Assembly (NCBI GenBank): GCA_945898015.1
Contig: CAMDGM010000017.1
Coordinates: 4,410 to 68,409 of the forward strand
DNA from: PVC group bacterium
Lineage (GTDB): Bacteria > Verrucomicrobiota > Kiritimatiellia > CAIKKV01
Length of the DNA: 64,000 nt
Direction: 5' to 3'
Shown here: one piece after another, positions 53,213 to 61,153 of the stretch
How positions within the stretch are numbered: position 1 is the stretch's first letter
How the letters are laid out: each line of letters opens with the position of its first letter
Translations under genes and position numbers: made by a program
Notes under the pieces: generated by a model
What the model saw: only the letters and a program-made list of their open reading frames with translations
Databases searched by the model: none
What the model was told of the DNA's origin: nothing

Positions 53213-53961
53213 AGGCGGATTCCCCCGGCCAGCGCCTCGAAGTTGCCGGCGCCGATCAGTTGCTTTTCTTCTTCCGAGATGGCGCTGTAGAGGAGGTAGG
53301 TGACCGCGCACAGGGGCTCGGATTGCGGGAATTCGGTGCCGAAGAGGAGGCGGCGGGCGCCGTGGGTTTTGCAGATCTGCTCGAGGCCGCCGTGGACGTC
53401 GTAGTTGTTGCCGATGGAAAGGGACAGGCTGGGGAAGGCGGCAAGCAGGGCCATGAGAACGCGCTGCGTGCGGTACCCCTGCTGGGCTAGAATGATCGGC
53501 AGGTCCGGATAGCGGGCGGCCAGGGCGGCGGCCTGGTCATGGGACACATATCGTTCCAGCCCCAGCACGGGGATCCGCCGTTCTTGGAGCGCCAGGAAAA
53601 GACGGTCCGCCATCCAGGGAGCGAGCGTCCAGCCGTCCTGGGCCGGACGAATGACGACAGCCCGGGCGCCCATCCGGAGGCACGCGTCCGCCTGTTCGGC
53701 CTCGTCGGGAAGGTCGTCCCCGCAGACCGGCTGGACCACGGGGCAGGGCATCAGTTCGGGATGGTTCCGGCAGGCGCTGGCCAGCTTTTCATTGGACAGG
53801 ACGATGTCCGTGTCCATCTTTTCTGGCGTGATGCGCACCAGCGCGCGGTCGATGCGGAGCTCCCGCAGGTTGGCGAGCACGTTGTCCGCAGAAATAATCT
53901 CGCGCACGCCGGGCGCAGCGCCGCCGAATCCGCACTGGACGTCGATTAGCCGGAGGTTCAT
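53209..53961 (-). CDS. Amidohydrolase-like paralog lacking the N-terminal HxH motif
   Basis: Similar length and C-terminal pattern (LLFGTEFP). The N-terminal metal site reads IDVQCGFG instead of xDxHxH. Confidence 0.55.
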   Translation of the reverse strand: MNLRLIDVQCGFGGAAPGVREIISADNVLANLRELRIDRALVRITPEKMDTDIVLSNEKLASACRNHPELMPCPVVQPVCGDDLPDEAEQADACLRMGARAVVIRPAQDGWTLAPWMADRLFLALQERRIPVLGLERYVSHDQAAALAARYPDLPIILAQQGYRTQRVLMALLAAFPSLSLSIGNNYDVHGGLEQICKTHGARRLLFGTEFPQSEPLCAVTYLLYSAISEEEKQLIGAGNFEALAGGIRL

Positions 53962-53968
53962 GGTTTTC

Positions 53969-54637
53969 CTAGTGGCGGGCGAACAGGAGCGACCCGAAGA
54001 ACTGGGGCTGGTGGAAATTCAGCTCGCCCACGGGCGACCAGCAGGCGTAGTGGGGGTGGTCGCTGCCGCATTTGTAGAAATTGGCCCGCCAGGTTTTCCC
54101 GGCCACCGGCGTGACGGAGCCGATGACGGATTCGAACAGGGCGAACGGGATGAAGGCCTGGAGGGACCAGGTGACGGGGCCGGGAATTTCGTCCTTCACG
54201 GGCGGCTTGAACGACGCATGGATCCGCATGGTTTTGGCGAGTTTCTGGGGCACCGGCTTGTAGCTTTTGAACCCCTTTTCTGTGCGGGAGGGGTCGACGA
54301 CATGGTAGAGGAGCAGGGTGCCGGCGGCGTTGAACTCGAAGTTGAAATAGCCGCGATTGCCCGGAGGCTGGACAAAGAATTCCACACAGCTGTCCCGGCA
54401 GACCTGATCCTGATAGCGCGTGCAGCGGGCCACGACGTGGCGGTCTTCCACCCGAAAGAGCAGATGGAGGCCCAAGGGGTCGTACACCACTTTGACCGCG
54501 GTTTTGGGATGGGAACCGGGGGACTTGGGGTGGAACCAGGCCACCTTGACAGCCGGGACTTTTTTCCAGACGGGATCGTTCCAGTCGCTGTCGGGGGCGG
54601 GTGCGACCGGCGTGGCATGAATGGTATAGGACGGCAT
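53969..54637 (-). CDS. Carbohydrate-binding family 9 (CBM9/DOMON-like) protein
   Basis: WNDPVWKKVPAVKVAWF...TAVKVVYDPLGLHLLFRVEDRHV...DSCVEFFVQPPGNRGYFNFEFNAAG follows the CBM9 pattern. Start taken at MPSYTIH (ATG 54637) with an AAGGAG RBS. The rest of listed ORF 53969..55798 is antisense artefact. Confidence 0.6.
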   Translation of the reverse strand: MPSYTIHATPVAPAPDSDWNDPVWKKVPAVKVAWFHPKSPGSHPKTAVKVVYDPLGLHLLFRVEDRHVVARCTRYQDQVCRDSCVEFFVQPPGNRGYFNFEFNAAGTLLLYHVVDPSRTEKGFKSYKPVPQKLAKTMRIHASFKPPVKDEIPGPVTWSLQAFIPFALFESVIGSVTPVAGKTWRANFYKCGSDHPHYACWSPVGELNFHQPQFFGSLLFARH

Positions 54638-54802
54638 CGAGAGACTCCTTGATAAAGAAAGGGGTGAATTTTGGGTTAAGTGGGGAACTGTGTCAATAAC
54701 GCAATAATAAAGACTTCTGGGCTTTCCTTGGCTGGAGGATTGAGGTAAAAAACACACACGCGACGGACCGGGTTGTGCCCCGGCAGAAGCGGGAGGCGAG
54801 TG

Positions 54803-56626
54803 ATGAAGGAATGGCTTCGGATGAAAGGGACGCCCTGGGTGGTGGTGGGTCTGACGGCGGCGTGGGTCCAAGCCTTGCTGCTGTGGGACACGTTGCATGA
54901 GACGGCGTTCCTGTTCCCGCTGGTGGATTCCTCGAGCTATCATCAGCTGGCGCAGGCGTTCCTGAAAGGGGTGGTGCCCCGGACGCCGTTCTGGCAGCCG
55001 CCCTTGTATCCCTGGTTTTTGGCTGGCGTGTATGATTTTTTCGGGTTGTCGATGCTGGCGGCTCGCATGGTTCATGGGGTCGTGGGCGTGGCGGGCGCCT
55101 TGTTGACCTTGGCGCTGGGTCTCCGGCTGGCGGGCCGCGGGGTGGGGCTGGCGGCGGGGTTGGCCGCGGCGTTGTGCGGCCCGCTCCTGTTTTTCCAGAT
55201 CCAGTTGCTTCCGGTGGGGTTGGCGGTGGTGTTGGATTTGGCGCTGGTGCTGCAGTTGTTGCGGGCCATGGATCGACCGGTTGGGTGGCGGTGGGCGGGG
55301 GCGGGTATCTGGCTGGGGTTGGCGGGGCTGGCGGTGCCGAATGCGCTGGTCATGGGCGCGGTGGCGCTTCCGGTGGCCTGGGGCGCCGGCGGGAAAGAGG
55401 GTTTCCGGGGCCGGGCGTGGCGGCGGGTGGCGCTTCTGCTGGCGGGGGTGGCGCTGGTGGTGGCGCCGGTGACGATCCGGAACCGGGTGGTGGGAAAGCA
55501 GTGGGCGCTCATTTCCACCAACAGCGGCATCAATTTCTTCATCGGGAATAATCCGCATATGGATGTGACGGTGGGAACCCGGCCGGGCTTGGACTGGGAG
55601 CGGCTCACGCAGATTCCCTATCAGCAGGAGGGGGTGAAAGACGCCCGTGGGGCGGATCGGTATTTCTGGCGGGAAGGGTTCCGCTTCCTGGTTGGACAGC
55701 CGGCGGCCTTTTTCAAGGGGCTGGTGGTTAAAAGCCGTCAATTTCTGGCCGCCCGGGAAATTCCCCGCAATCTGGACCTCTACACGATGCGGGCGCATTC
55801 GATGGTGTTAACGGGGTTGACGGGGAAATGGGAGTGGTTTGCCTTTCCGTTCGGGGTGGTGGGGCCGCTGGGGCTGTTGGGGATGGCTCTGGCGCTGGGC
55901 CGGGGGCGGGATCACCGGGTGACCGTGGCATTTGTGGGATTGTATGCGGTATCGGTGATTCTGTTTTTCCCGACGGCCCGGTATCGGGCGCCCCTGTTGC
56001 CGTTTTTCCTGATTTATGCAGCTTGGGCCTTGGATTGGCTGGTGAAACGGGTGCGCGTGCCGGGGCCGGGTTGGTGGGGCGGCATGGCGGGGTTGGGTGT
56101 TTTGGCCTTGCTGGTTAACGCGCCGGTGAGCGCGCCCTCGGATGGGGTGCGTTTTGATGCTGAATTGGAGAATGCGGTGGGGGCGGCTTTCCAGCTTCGG
56201 GGGCAGTACGAGCCGGCGATGCGGCATTATCAGAAGGCGCGGGACCGGGATCCCCGGTTGGCCGAGGCGGCTTACAACATGGGCGTGCTTCTGGGCGAGC
56301 GGAAGAGGCGGAACGAGGCGAAGCAGGCGTATCGGGATGTGTTGCGCATCCGGCCGGATCATGACAAGGCCCGGATCAATCTGGGAATTGTCCTTTTCCA
56401 GGAGGGCGCCTTGGGCGAAGCCGCAGACATGCTGGAAATGGCCACGAGTTTGAGCCCCGGCAATCCGCGGGCCTGGCACAACCGGGCCCTGGTGCTGGAG
56501 TCGATGGGGCGTCATCAGGAAGCCCTTGCGTGCTGGGAGAAAGCGGCGGCCCGCGATGCGGCCTATGAGCCTATGCTGAGGCAGGCGAAACGCAAAGCCG
56601 TCGCCCCGGTGCCGGAAGGTAAATGA
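54803..56626 (+). CDS. GT39/ArnT-like polytopic glycosyltransferase fused to C-terminal TPR repeats
   Basis: The N-terminal roughly 430 aa have many TM helices (PMT_2-like). The C-terminal region has TPR repeats (AMRHYQKARDRDPRLAEAAYNMGVLL..., ARINLGIVLFQEGALGEA..., AWHNRALVLESMG). The start is uncertain (54773 or 54803). Confidence 0.7.
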   Translation: MKEWLRMKGTPWVVVGLTAAWVQALLLWDTLHETAFLFPLVDSSSYHQLAQAFLKGVVPRTPFWQPPLYPWFLAGVYDFFGLSMLAARMVHGVVGVAGALLTLALGLRLAGRGVGLAAGLAAALCGPLLFFQIQLLPVGLAVVLDLALVLQLLRAMDRPVGWRWAGAGIWLGLAGLAVPNALVMGAVALPVAWGAGGKEGFRGRAWRRVALLLAGVALVVAPVTIRNRVVGKQWALISTNSGINFFIGNNPHMDVTVGTRPGLDWERLTQIPYQQEGVKDARGADRYFWREGFRFLVGQPAAFFKGLVVKSRQFLAAREIPRNLDLYTMRAHSMVLTGLTGKWEWFAFPFGVVGPLGLLGMALALGRGRDHRVTVAFVGLYAVSVILFFPTARYRAPLLPFFLIYAAWALDWLVKRVRVPGPGWWGGMAGLGVLALLVNAPVSAPSDGVRFDAELENAVGAAFQLRGQYEPAMRHYQKARDRDPRLAEAAYNMGVLLGERKRRNEAKQAYRDVLRIRPDHDKARINLGIVLFQEGALGEAADMLEMATSLSPGNPRAWHNRALVLESMGRHQEALACWEKAAARDAAYEPMLRQAKRKAVAPVPEGK

Positions 56627-56654
56627 AAAAAGAAAGCGAAGCCGTTTTTTGCTG

Positions 56655-56684
56655 TTGATTTAAGCCCCGCCTAAAATCTATACT
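56655..56684 (+). promoter_or_regulatory. Possible sigma-70-type promoter for the second pilus-like cluster
   Basis: TTGATT-N18-TATACT, read directly, about 45 nt upstream of the ATG at 56729. Confidence 0.35.
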
Positions 56685-56728
56685 GCAGGGATTCAATTTG
56701 CCGGTATGTGCGACGGAAAGGAACTTCG

Positions 56729-57394
56729 ATGACCAGGACTTTTCGTTTGTTGGCATTGACGATGATTTCGGGCGCGAGCGTGTGGCTGCCGAACTGGGCG
56801 GCAGGACAAGTGGCTCCGATGGTTCCCGTGGCCGAAAAAGTGCTCACGGTGAAAAACGTATTTGGCCTTGAGAGTAATGCCCGTCTTCGGACTCCGGTCT
56901 ACACCGTCAATGGCGGCGGGAAAATCGTCCGCTCCAATGCTTCGGGCATTCGCGAATGGATTCAGGTGGTGGCGGAATACAACACGACCCCGGACGCCAA
57001 GGCCCGGTGGCTGAACCAGGTGTCGTTCCAGTTTTATTTGCTGACCGTCAATGAGGGGCGGGAGTCCAAGCAGAAAGAGTATACGCTGTTTCGGGGAACG
57101 GCGGCCTACATGGACGTGGATCGGAATCGCCGGGAGGCGCGCTGGGCCACCCTGTATTTGCGGCCTTCGGGTCTTGCCCGTTATGGGGAGCCGGTGGCGG
57201 TGGCGGTGGAGGTCAGCGCGGACGGTCGCCTGCTGGAATCCAAGTCCGAGGTGGACCGGAAGTATACGGAAGTGCTGGGCAAGGAGTGGTGGAAGAATGC
57301 CAAGCTGACGGTGAAAGACGGCTATCTTCTCAAAGCGAGCGACACCCCCTTTAGTTATGTCAATTACGATGATTTTGAGGAAATCGCTCAATAA
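56729..57394 (+). CDS. Secreted hypothetical protein, first gene of the second pilus-like cluster (in the Amuc_1102 position)
   Basis: Signal peptide (MTRTFRLLALTMISGASVWLPNWAAG) followed by a beta-rich mature part. GGAAAGGAA RBS before ATG 56729. Confidence 0.6.
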   Translation: MTRTFRLLALTMISGASVWLPNWAAGQVAPMVPVAEKVLTVKNVFGLESNARLRTPVYTVNGGGKIVRSNASGIREWIQVVAEYNTTPDAKARWLNQVSFQFYLLTVNEGRESKQKEYTLFRGTAAYMDVDRNRREARWATLYLRPSGLARYGEPVAVAVEVSADGRLLESKSEVDRKYTEVLGKEWWKNAKLTVKDGYLLKASDTPFSYVNYDDFEEIAQ

Positions 57395-57402
57395 CAACCG
57401 CC

Positions 57403-59040
57403 ATGTTTAAATCCGATCGCATCCTCACGCTGAATATTGGCGCCAGCCAGATCGTTCTGGCGGAGTTCCGTATTCTGAAATCCGGCGGGCTGGAGCTGCT
57501 GGCGTATGACACCGGCAAGCTGGGGGTGGCGCCCGAGGAGGAGACCGAGGTTTCGGCCTACATTGTCTCCACGCTCCGGGATCTGTTGAGGGACAAGAAG
57601 ATCAAGCCGGGGCCGGTTCTGATTTCCATTTCCAGCCAGATCGTGTTCTCGACCTTTGTGAAGCTTCCGCCGGTCCAGCAGGACAAGGTGGCGCAGATTG
57701 TCCGCTACGAGGCGCAGCAGAATATCCCGGCGATTGAAGAAGTGGTGTGGGATTACCAGTTGTTCTCGGGGGCGGAAGGCGAATTGAGCGCCATGATCGT
57801 GGCCGCCAAGATCGACCTGGTCAAGAAGCTGACGGACTGCGTGGAGGCGGCCGGGCTCGCACCCGAGATTGTGGATGTCTCCAACATGGCGCTCTTCAAT
57901 GCGATGCGCTTCAATTATCCGGATCTGGAAGGCTGCTCCATGATCCTCGACATGGGAGCCCGCAGCACGAGCGTTATTTTTTCAGAGGGGCGCAAGATTT
58001 TCAGCCGGACCGTGCCGATCGCGGGCAATGCCATCACCAAGGAATTGATGAAGGAGTTCGGCATTTCCTTTGAGGATGCCGAGACGCTGAAGATTCAGAA
58101 CGCCTATGTGGGATTTGGCAGCAGTTACGACGAGAGCGAGAAGGGCACCCGCGAGCGTGTGGCGAAGGTGGTGCGCAACGTGATGACGCGGCTGCATGCC
58201 GAGATCAGCCGGACGATCAATTTTTATCGAAGCCAGCAGGGGGGCAGCCAGCCCAAGCGATTATTTCTGGCCGGTGGCAGCAGCGTGATCGGCCACCTGG
58301 ACACCTTTTTGCGGGACAAGCTGAAAATTGATGTGGATTTCGTCAATCCGTTCTCGAATGTGACGGTCAGCGAGGCGATTGATTCCGAGCAGGTGGCCAA
58401 GGACATCATGGTTTTGGGCGAAGTGGTGGGCGTCGCGCTCCGCCGGGTCCGGTCCTGTCCCATTGAAGTCGACCTGATGCCGCCGGATATCGTGGCGTAC
58501 AAGAAGTTTATGGGCCGTTTGCCCTTTTTCGCGATTTCCGGGCTGAGCCTGGTGCTGGCGCTGCTCATGTGGTGGGTGTTTTTTCATCGCCAGGCCATCC
58601 TCATGCGCGACCGCGTGACATCCGTTGAAAACATGGTCAGTGACCTCAAGGGGATTGAGGGCCGTTTATCGTCCCTGAAGAAGCAGCAGCATGAGTTGTT
58701 CACTCAAACCGGCGTGCTGGTGGACCAGGTTCGCATGCGAACGGGCTGGCACGAAGCGCTTGAGGATTTGCACAGCAAAGTGCTGGATGGAATGTGGCTG
58801 ACGGACATCCAGCTTGAGGAAAAAGCGGCGGAAGGAGCCAAGCCTGCCCGCCGCTTCCTGCGCATCCAGGGTCAAGGATTTGACGACAAGGTTCCGCAGA
58901 CGAAGATCAGTGAGTTTGCCGCCTCGCTCAAGGAGTGCCGTCATTTTACGGACAAGCACATGGTGACCCTGATCCGACCGGTCGACGGGACGGACTTCAT
59001 GACGGAGTTCGTCATTGAAGCGGACATCGGGGAGTTGTAG
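57403..59040 (+). CDS. PilM-like actin-fold ATPase fused to a PilN-like TM/coiled-coil C-terminal region
   Basis: N-terminal ILTLNIGASQIVLAEF and a later LFLAGGSSVIG (actin-fold phosphate motifs). TM helix LPFFAISGLSLVLALLMWWVFF at about residue 375, followed by about 150 further residues. Confidence 0.75.
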   Translation: MFKSDRILTLNIGASQIVLAEFRILKSGGLELLAYDTGKLGVAPEEETEVSAYIVSTLRDLLRDKKIKPGPVLISISSQIVFSTFVKLPPVQQDKVAQIVRYEAQQNIPAIEEVVWDYQLFSGAEGELSAMIVAAKIDLVKKLTDCVEAAGLAPEIVDVSNMALFNAMRFNYPDLEGCSMILDMGARSTSVIFSEGRKIFSRTVPIAGNAITKELMKEFGISFEDAETLKIQNAYVGFGSSYDESEKGTRERVAKVVRNVMTRLHAEISRTINFYRSQQGGSQPKRLFLAGGSSVIGHLDTFLRDKLKIDVDFVNPFSNVTVSEAIDSEQVAKDIMVLGEVVGVALRRVRSCPIEVDLMPPDIVAYKKFMGRLPFFAISGLSLVLALLMWWVFFHRQAILMRDRVTSVENMVSDLKGIEGRLSSLKKQQHELFTQTGVLVDQVRMRTGWHEALEDLHSKVLDGMWLTDIQLEEKAAEGAKPARRFLRIQGQGFDDKVPQTKISEFAASLKECRHFTDKHMVTLIRPVDGTDFMTEFVIEADIGEL

Positions 59041-59067
59041 GCGGATGGGAACGCAGAGGAAAGCACC

Positions 59068-60045
59068 GTGACGGGATCTCGTAATAAAGTGTGGCTGGGC
59101 TTTTTCTGGGGGGGGTTGCTGGCATTGGTGGCCGGCGCCGCCTTTTTGGTCTATGCGGCCATCAAGGATTACGTCGTGGAGCATGACAAGCTGGCCTCGG
59201 TTAAAATCAACTTGGAAGGGCTATACAAAATGGCTCCATTCCCTTCCTTGAAGAATGTGGACATGGAAAAACAGAACCTGACCACCCTGCAAGGCGCGCT
59301 GGCGGATTTGCAGAAGGCGTTGGCCAAGCATCAGGTAGAGCCCCCGGAGTTGAACCGGCCCACGGTGTTTATGGAGTCGTTTTGGCAGGCGCGTGGAGAT
59401 CTGTTGAATCATGCGAAGACACTGGGCGTGACGTTGCCGGCCGGCTTTGGCTTCGGGATGGATGCTTACCTCAAGGGCGCGCCGCCCAAGCCGGAGCATG
59501 TTCCCCGGTTGATGCAGCAGTTGGCCATTATTAAAGGCCTTAGCGAACTTCTCTTTGCCGCGAAGGTGATCTCGATCGACGCCATCGGGCGCGAGGATTT
59601 TGAAGGGGGCGGAGAGGACTCCGACCCGGCGGCCCCGCCTCAGGCCGCCGCCGGCCGCCGAGCCCGGCGGTCAGGCGAAACCGCTTCCGGGGGTGGATCC
59701 AGCGCGAACGCGATGATCGTTAATTCGGGTGCGGGGCTCATGGCTCCGGGCGACCTGTTCGCCAAGATGCGGTTTGTGCTGATTTTCAAGGCCAAGGAAG
59801 ACAGCGTGGTGCAGGTGCTCAACGCGCTGGCCTCAAACGGAATGTTCATTGTAGTGGATCGCGTCAGTTGGGTTGCGCCCCGGGATCAGGTTTCAATCCG
59901 GAAGCAGGTTTTCGGGAAAGAATCAGCCGGACTCGAGACGCCCGTCGCCCGCGGCAAGGAATCCCGCATTGTTTCCGGTAAGAAAAGCACCTTGACCCTC
60001 CGGCTGGATCTGGATGTCTACCGGTTTACCAGGAAGGTGGAATAG
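59068..60045 (+). CDS. Single-pass membrane protein, probable homolog of Akkermansia Amuc_1100 (PilO-like role)
   Basis: GTG start. TM helix VWLGFFWGGLLALVAGAAFLVYAAI. Coiled-coil-like segment, a low-complexity Ala/Gly/Arg linker and a C-terminal domain ending TLTLRLDLDVYRF. The overall pattern matches my recollection of Amuc_1100 (317 aa). Confidence 0.55.
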   Translation: MTGSRNKVWLGFFWGGLLALVAGAAFLVYAAIKDYVVEHDKLASVKINLEGLYKMAPFPSLKNVDMEKQNLTTLQGALADLQKALAKHQVEPPELNRPTVFMESFWQARGDLLNHAKTLGVTLPAGFGFGMDAYLKGAPPKPEHVPRLMQQLAIIKGLSELLFAAKVISIDAIGREDFEGGGEDSDPAAPPQAAAGRRARRSGETASGGGSSANAMIVNSGAGLMAPGDLFAKMRFVLIFKAKEDSVVQVLNALASNGMFIVVDRVSWVAPRDQVSIRKQVFGKESAGLETPVARGKESRIVSGKKSTLTLRLDLDVYRFTRKVE

Positions 60046-61119
60046 GTGAAAATCACCTGGGTATCCATAGGAGAAGCCATTCGGTCGTATTATGACCGGT
60101 TGATTGCCCTGCTCGCGATTCTGGCGTTGCTGACCTCCCTGGTTCTTCTCATGATGCGCCTGGGAACCATCAAGACGGATGAACAGCGGTTTCAGAATTG
60201 GAAAAGCGGGCTCGCTCCTGAATTTGCCGATGCCACGAATGTGACGCTGGATACTTTCGTGAACGGCCACAACACCTTGACTGTGCCCTTCCAGGTCAGC
60301 GCCTGGTCGAATGCCTGTTCCACTCCCGAGTTGCGCATTTCGTGTCTGGATTGTGCCCGGCCGATTCCGTTTAACGCCGCGGAGTGCCCCTGGTGCAAGG
60401 CGAAGACGGAAGAAGTGGTGGTGGCCAAGGACAAGGATGAAGACGGGATGGATGACGAGTGGGAGCTCGCGCATGCCTTGAATCCGCTTGACGCCGACGA
60501 TTCGAAAGCGGATCCGGATAAGGATGGGTTTTCAAATCTGGAAGAGTTCCGGTTCGGCACCGATCCTGCCGCCACGACCAATCACCCCCCGTTGATCGCC
60601 AAGCTTCGACTGGCGGAAATAAAGTCCATGCCCTTCCACCTGAAGTTTATGGCGGTCAACAAGATGACGGCCGGCGATATTTACCAGATTAACAGCACCA
60701 AGAGCGGCAGGACCTCCTGGTACAAGATGGGAGACGATGTGGAAGGATATGCGCTGACCACGTATACGCCCAATCTTGTCCGGGAAACAGTCGGCTCGGG
60801 AAATATGAAAATGATGATGGATCACTCGACGTTATCCCTGAAGTCGAAAACGTCGGATCGTCTCATTTCGCTCCAGAAGGGCGAAGCCACCCCGGTTAGC
60901 GAATATGAAGCGCGTTTCGTATTCGACATTGATGGCAGTGAATTTACAGTCAAACACGGGGCCGACTTCGAACTACGCGGGATGAAGTTTGCCGTGAAAG
61001 AGATTGACAACAAGGAGTATCGTGTATTAATACGAGACAAGGATAGTGGGAAAGAAACATCGATAGGACGGCAGGCCGAGACAGGTTCACTCCCCCATAA
61101 AACTGAGGCGGGAAACTGA
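60046..61119 (+). CDS. Membrane-anchored protein with a zinc-ribbon, thrombospondin-type-3-like Ca-binding repeats and two PilP/GspC-HR-like modules
   Basis: TM helix LIALLAILALLTSLVLLMM. CLDC-N10-CPWC. DKDEDGMDDEWE and DPDKDGFSNLEEF. Then PFHLKFMAVNKMTAGDIYQINS...YKMGDDVEGYALTTY and FVFDIDGSEFTVKHGADFELRGMKFAVKEID. Confidence 0.6.
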   Translation: MKITWVSIGEAIRSYYDRLIALLAILALLTSLVLLMMRLGTIKTDEQRFQNWKSGLAPEFADATNVTLDTFVNGHNTLTVPFQVSAWSNACSTPELRISCLDCARPIPFNAAECPWCKAKTEEVVVAKDKDEDGMDDEWELAHALNPLDADDSKADPDKDGFSNLEEFRFGTDPAATTNHPPLIAKLRLAEIKSMPFHLKFMAVNKMTAGDIYQINSTKSGRTSWYKMGDDVEGYALTTYTPNLVRETVGSGNMKMMMDHSTLSLKSKTSDRLISLQKGEATPVSEYEARFVFDIDGSEFTVKHGADFELRGMKFAVKEIDNKEYRVLIRDKDSGKETSIGRQAETGSLPHKTEAGN

Positions 61120-61153
61120 CTTGGCCTGTTGTCATCCAAGGGAGATATGCTCA

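Noticed and set aside
54638-55798. N-terminal 387 aa of the listed 609-aa minus-strand ORF 53969..55798
   Set aside because: The composition is Arg/Pro/His/Gln-rich (PRQQKRHPPPRPAPE...), and the segment lies antisense to the well-supported GT39-TPR gene. Only the C-terminal 222 aa (from ATG 54637, with an AAGGAG RBS) look like a real CBM9-like protein.
56627-56728. Sigma-54 promoter in front of the second pilus-like cluster
   Set aside because: No GG-N10-GC element with a TGGCAC/TTGC context is present. A TTGATT-N18-TATACT sigma-70-like pair is the better candidate.
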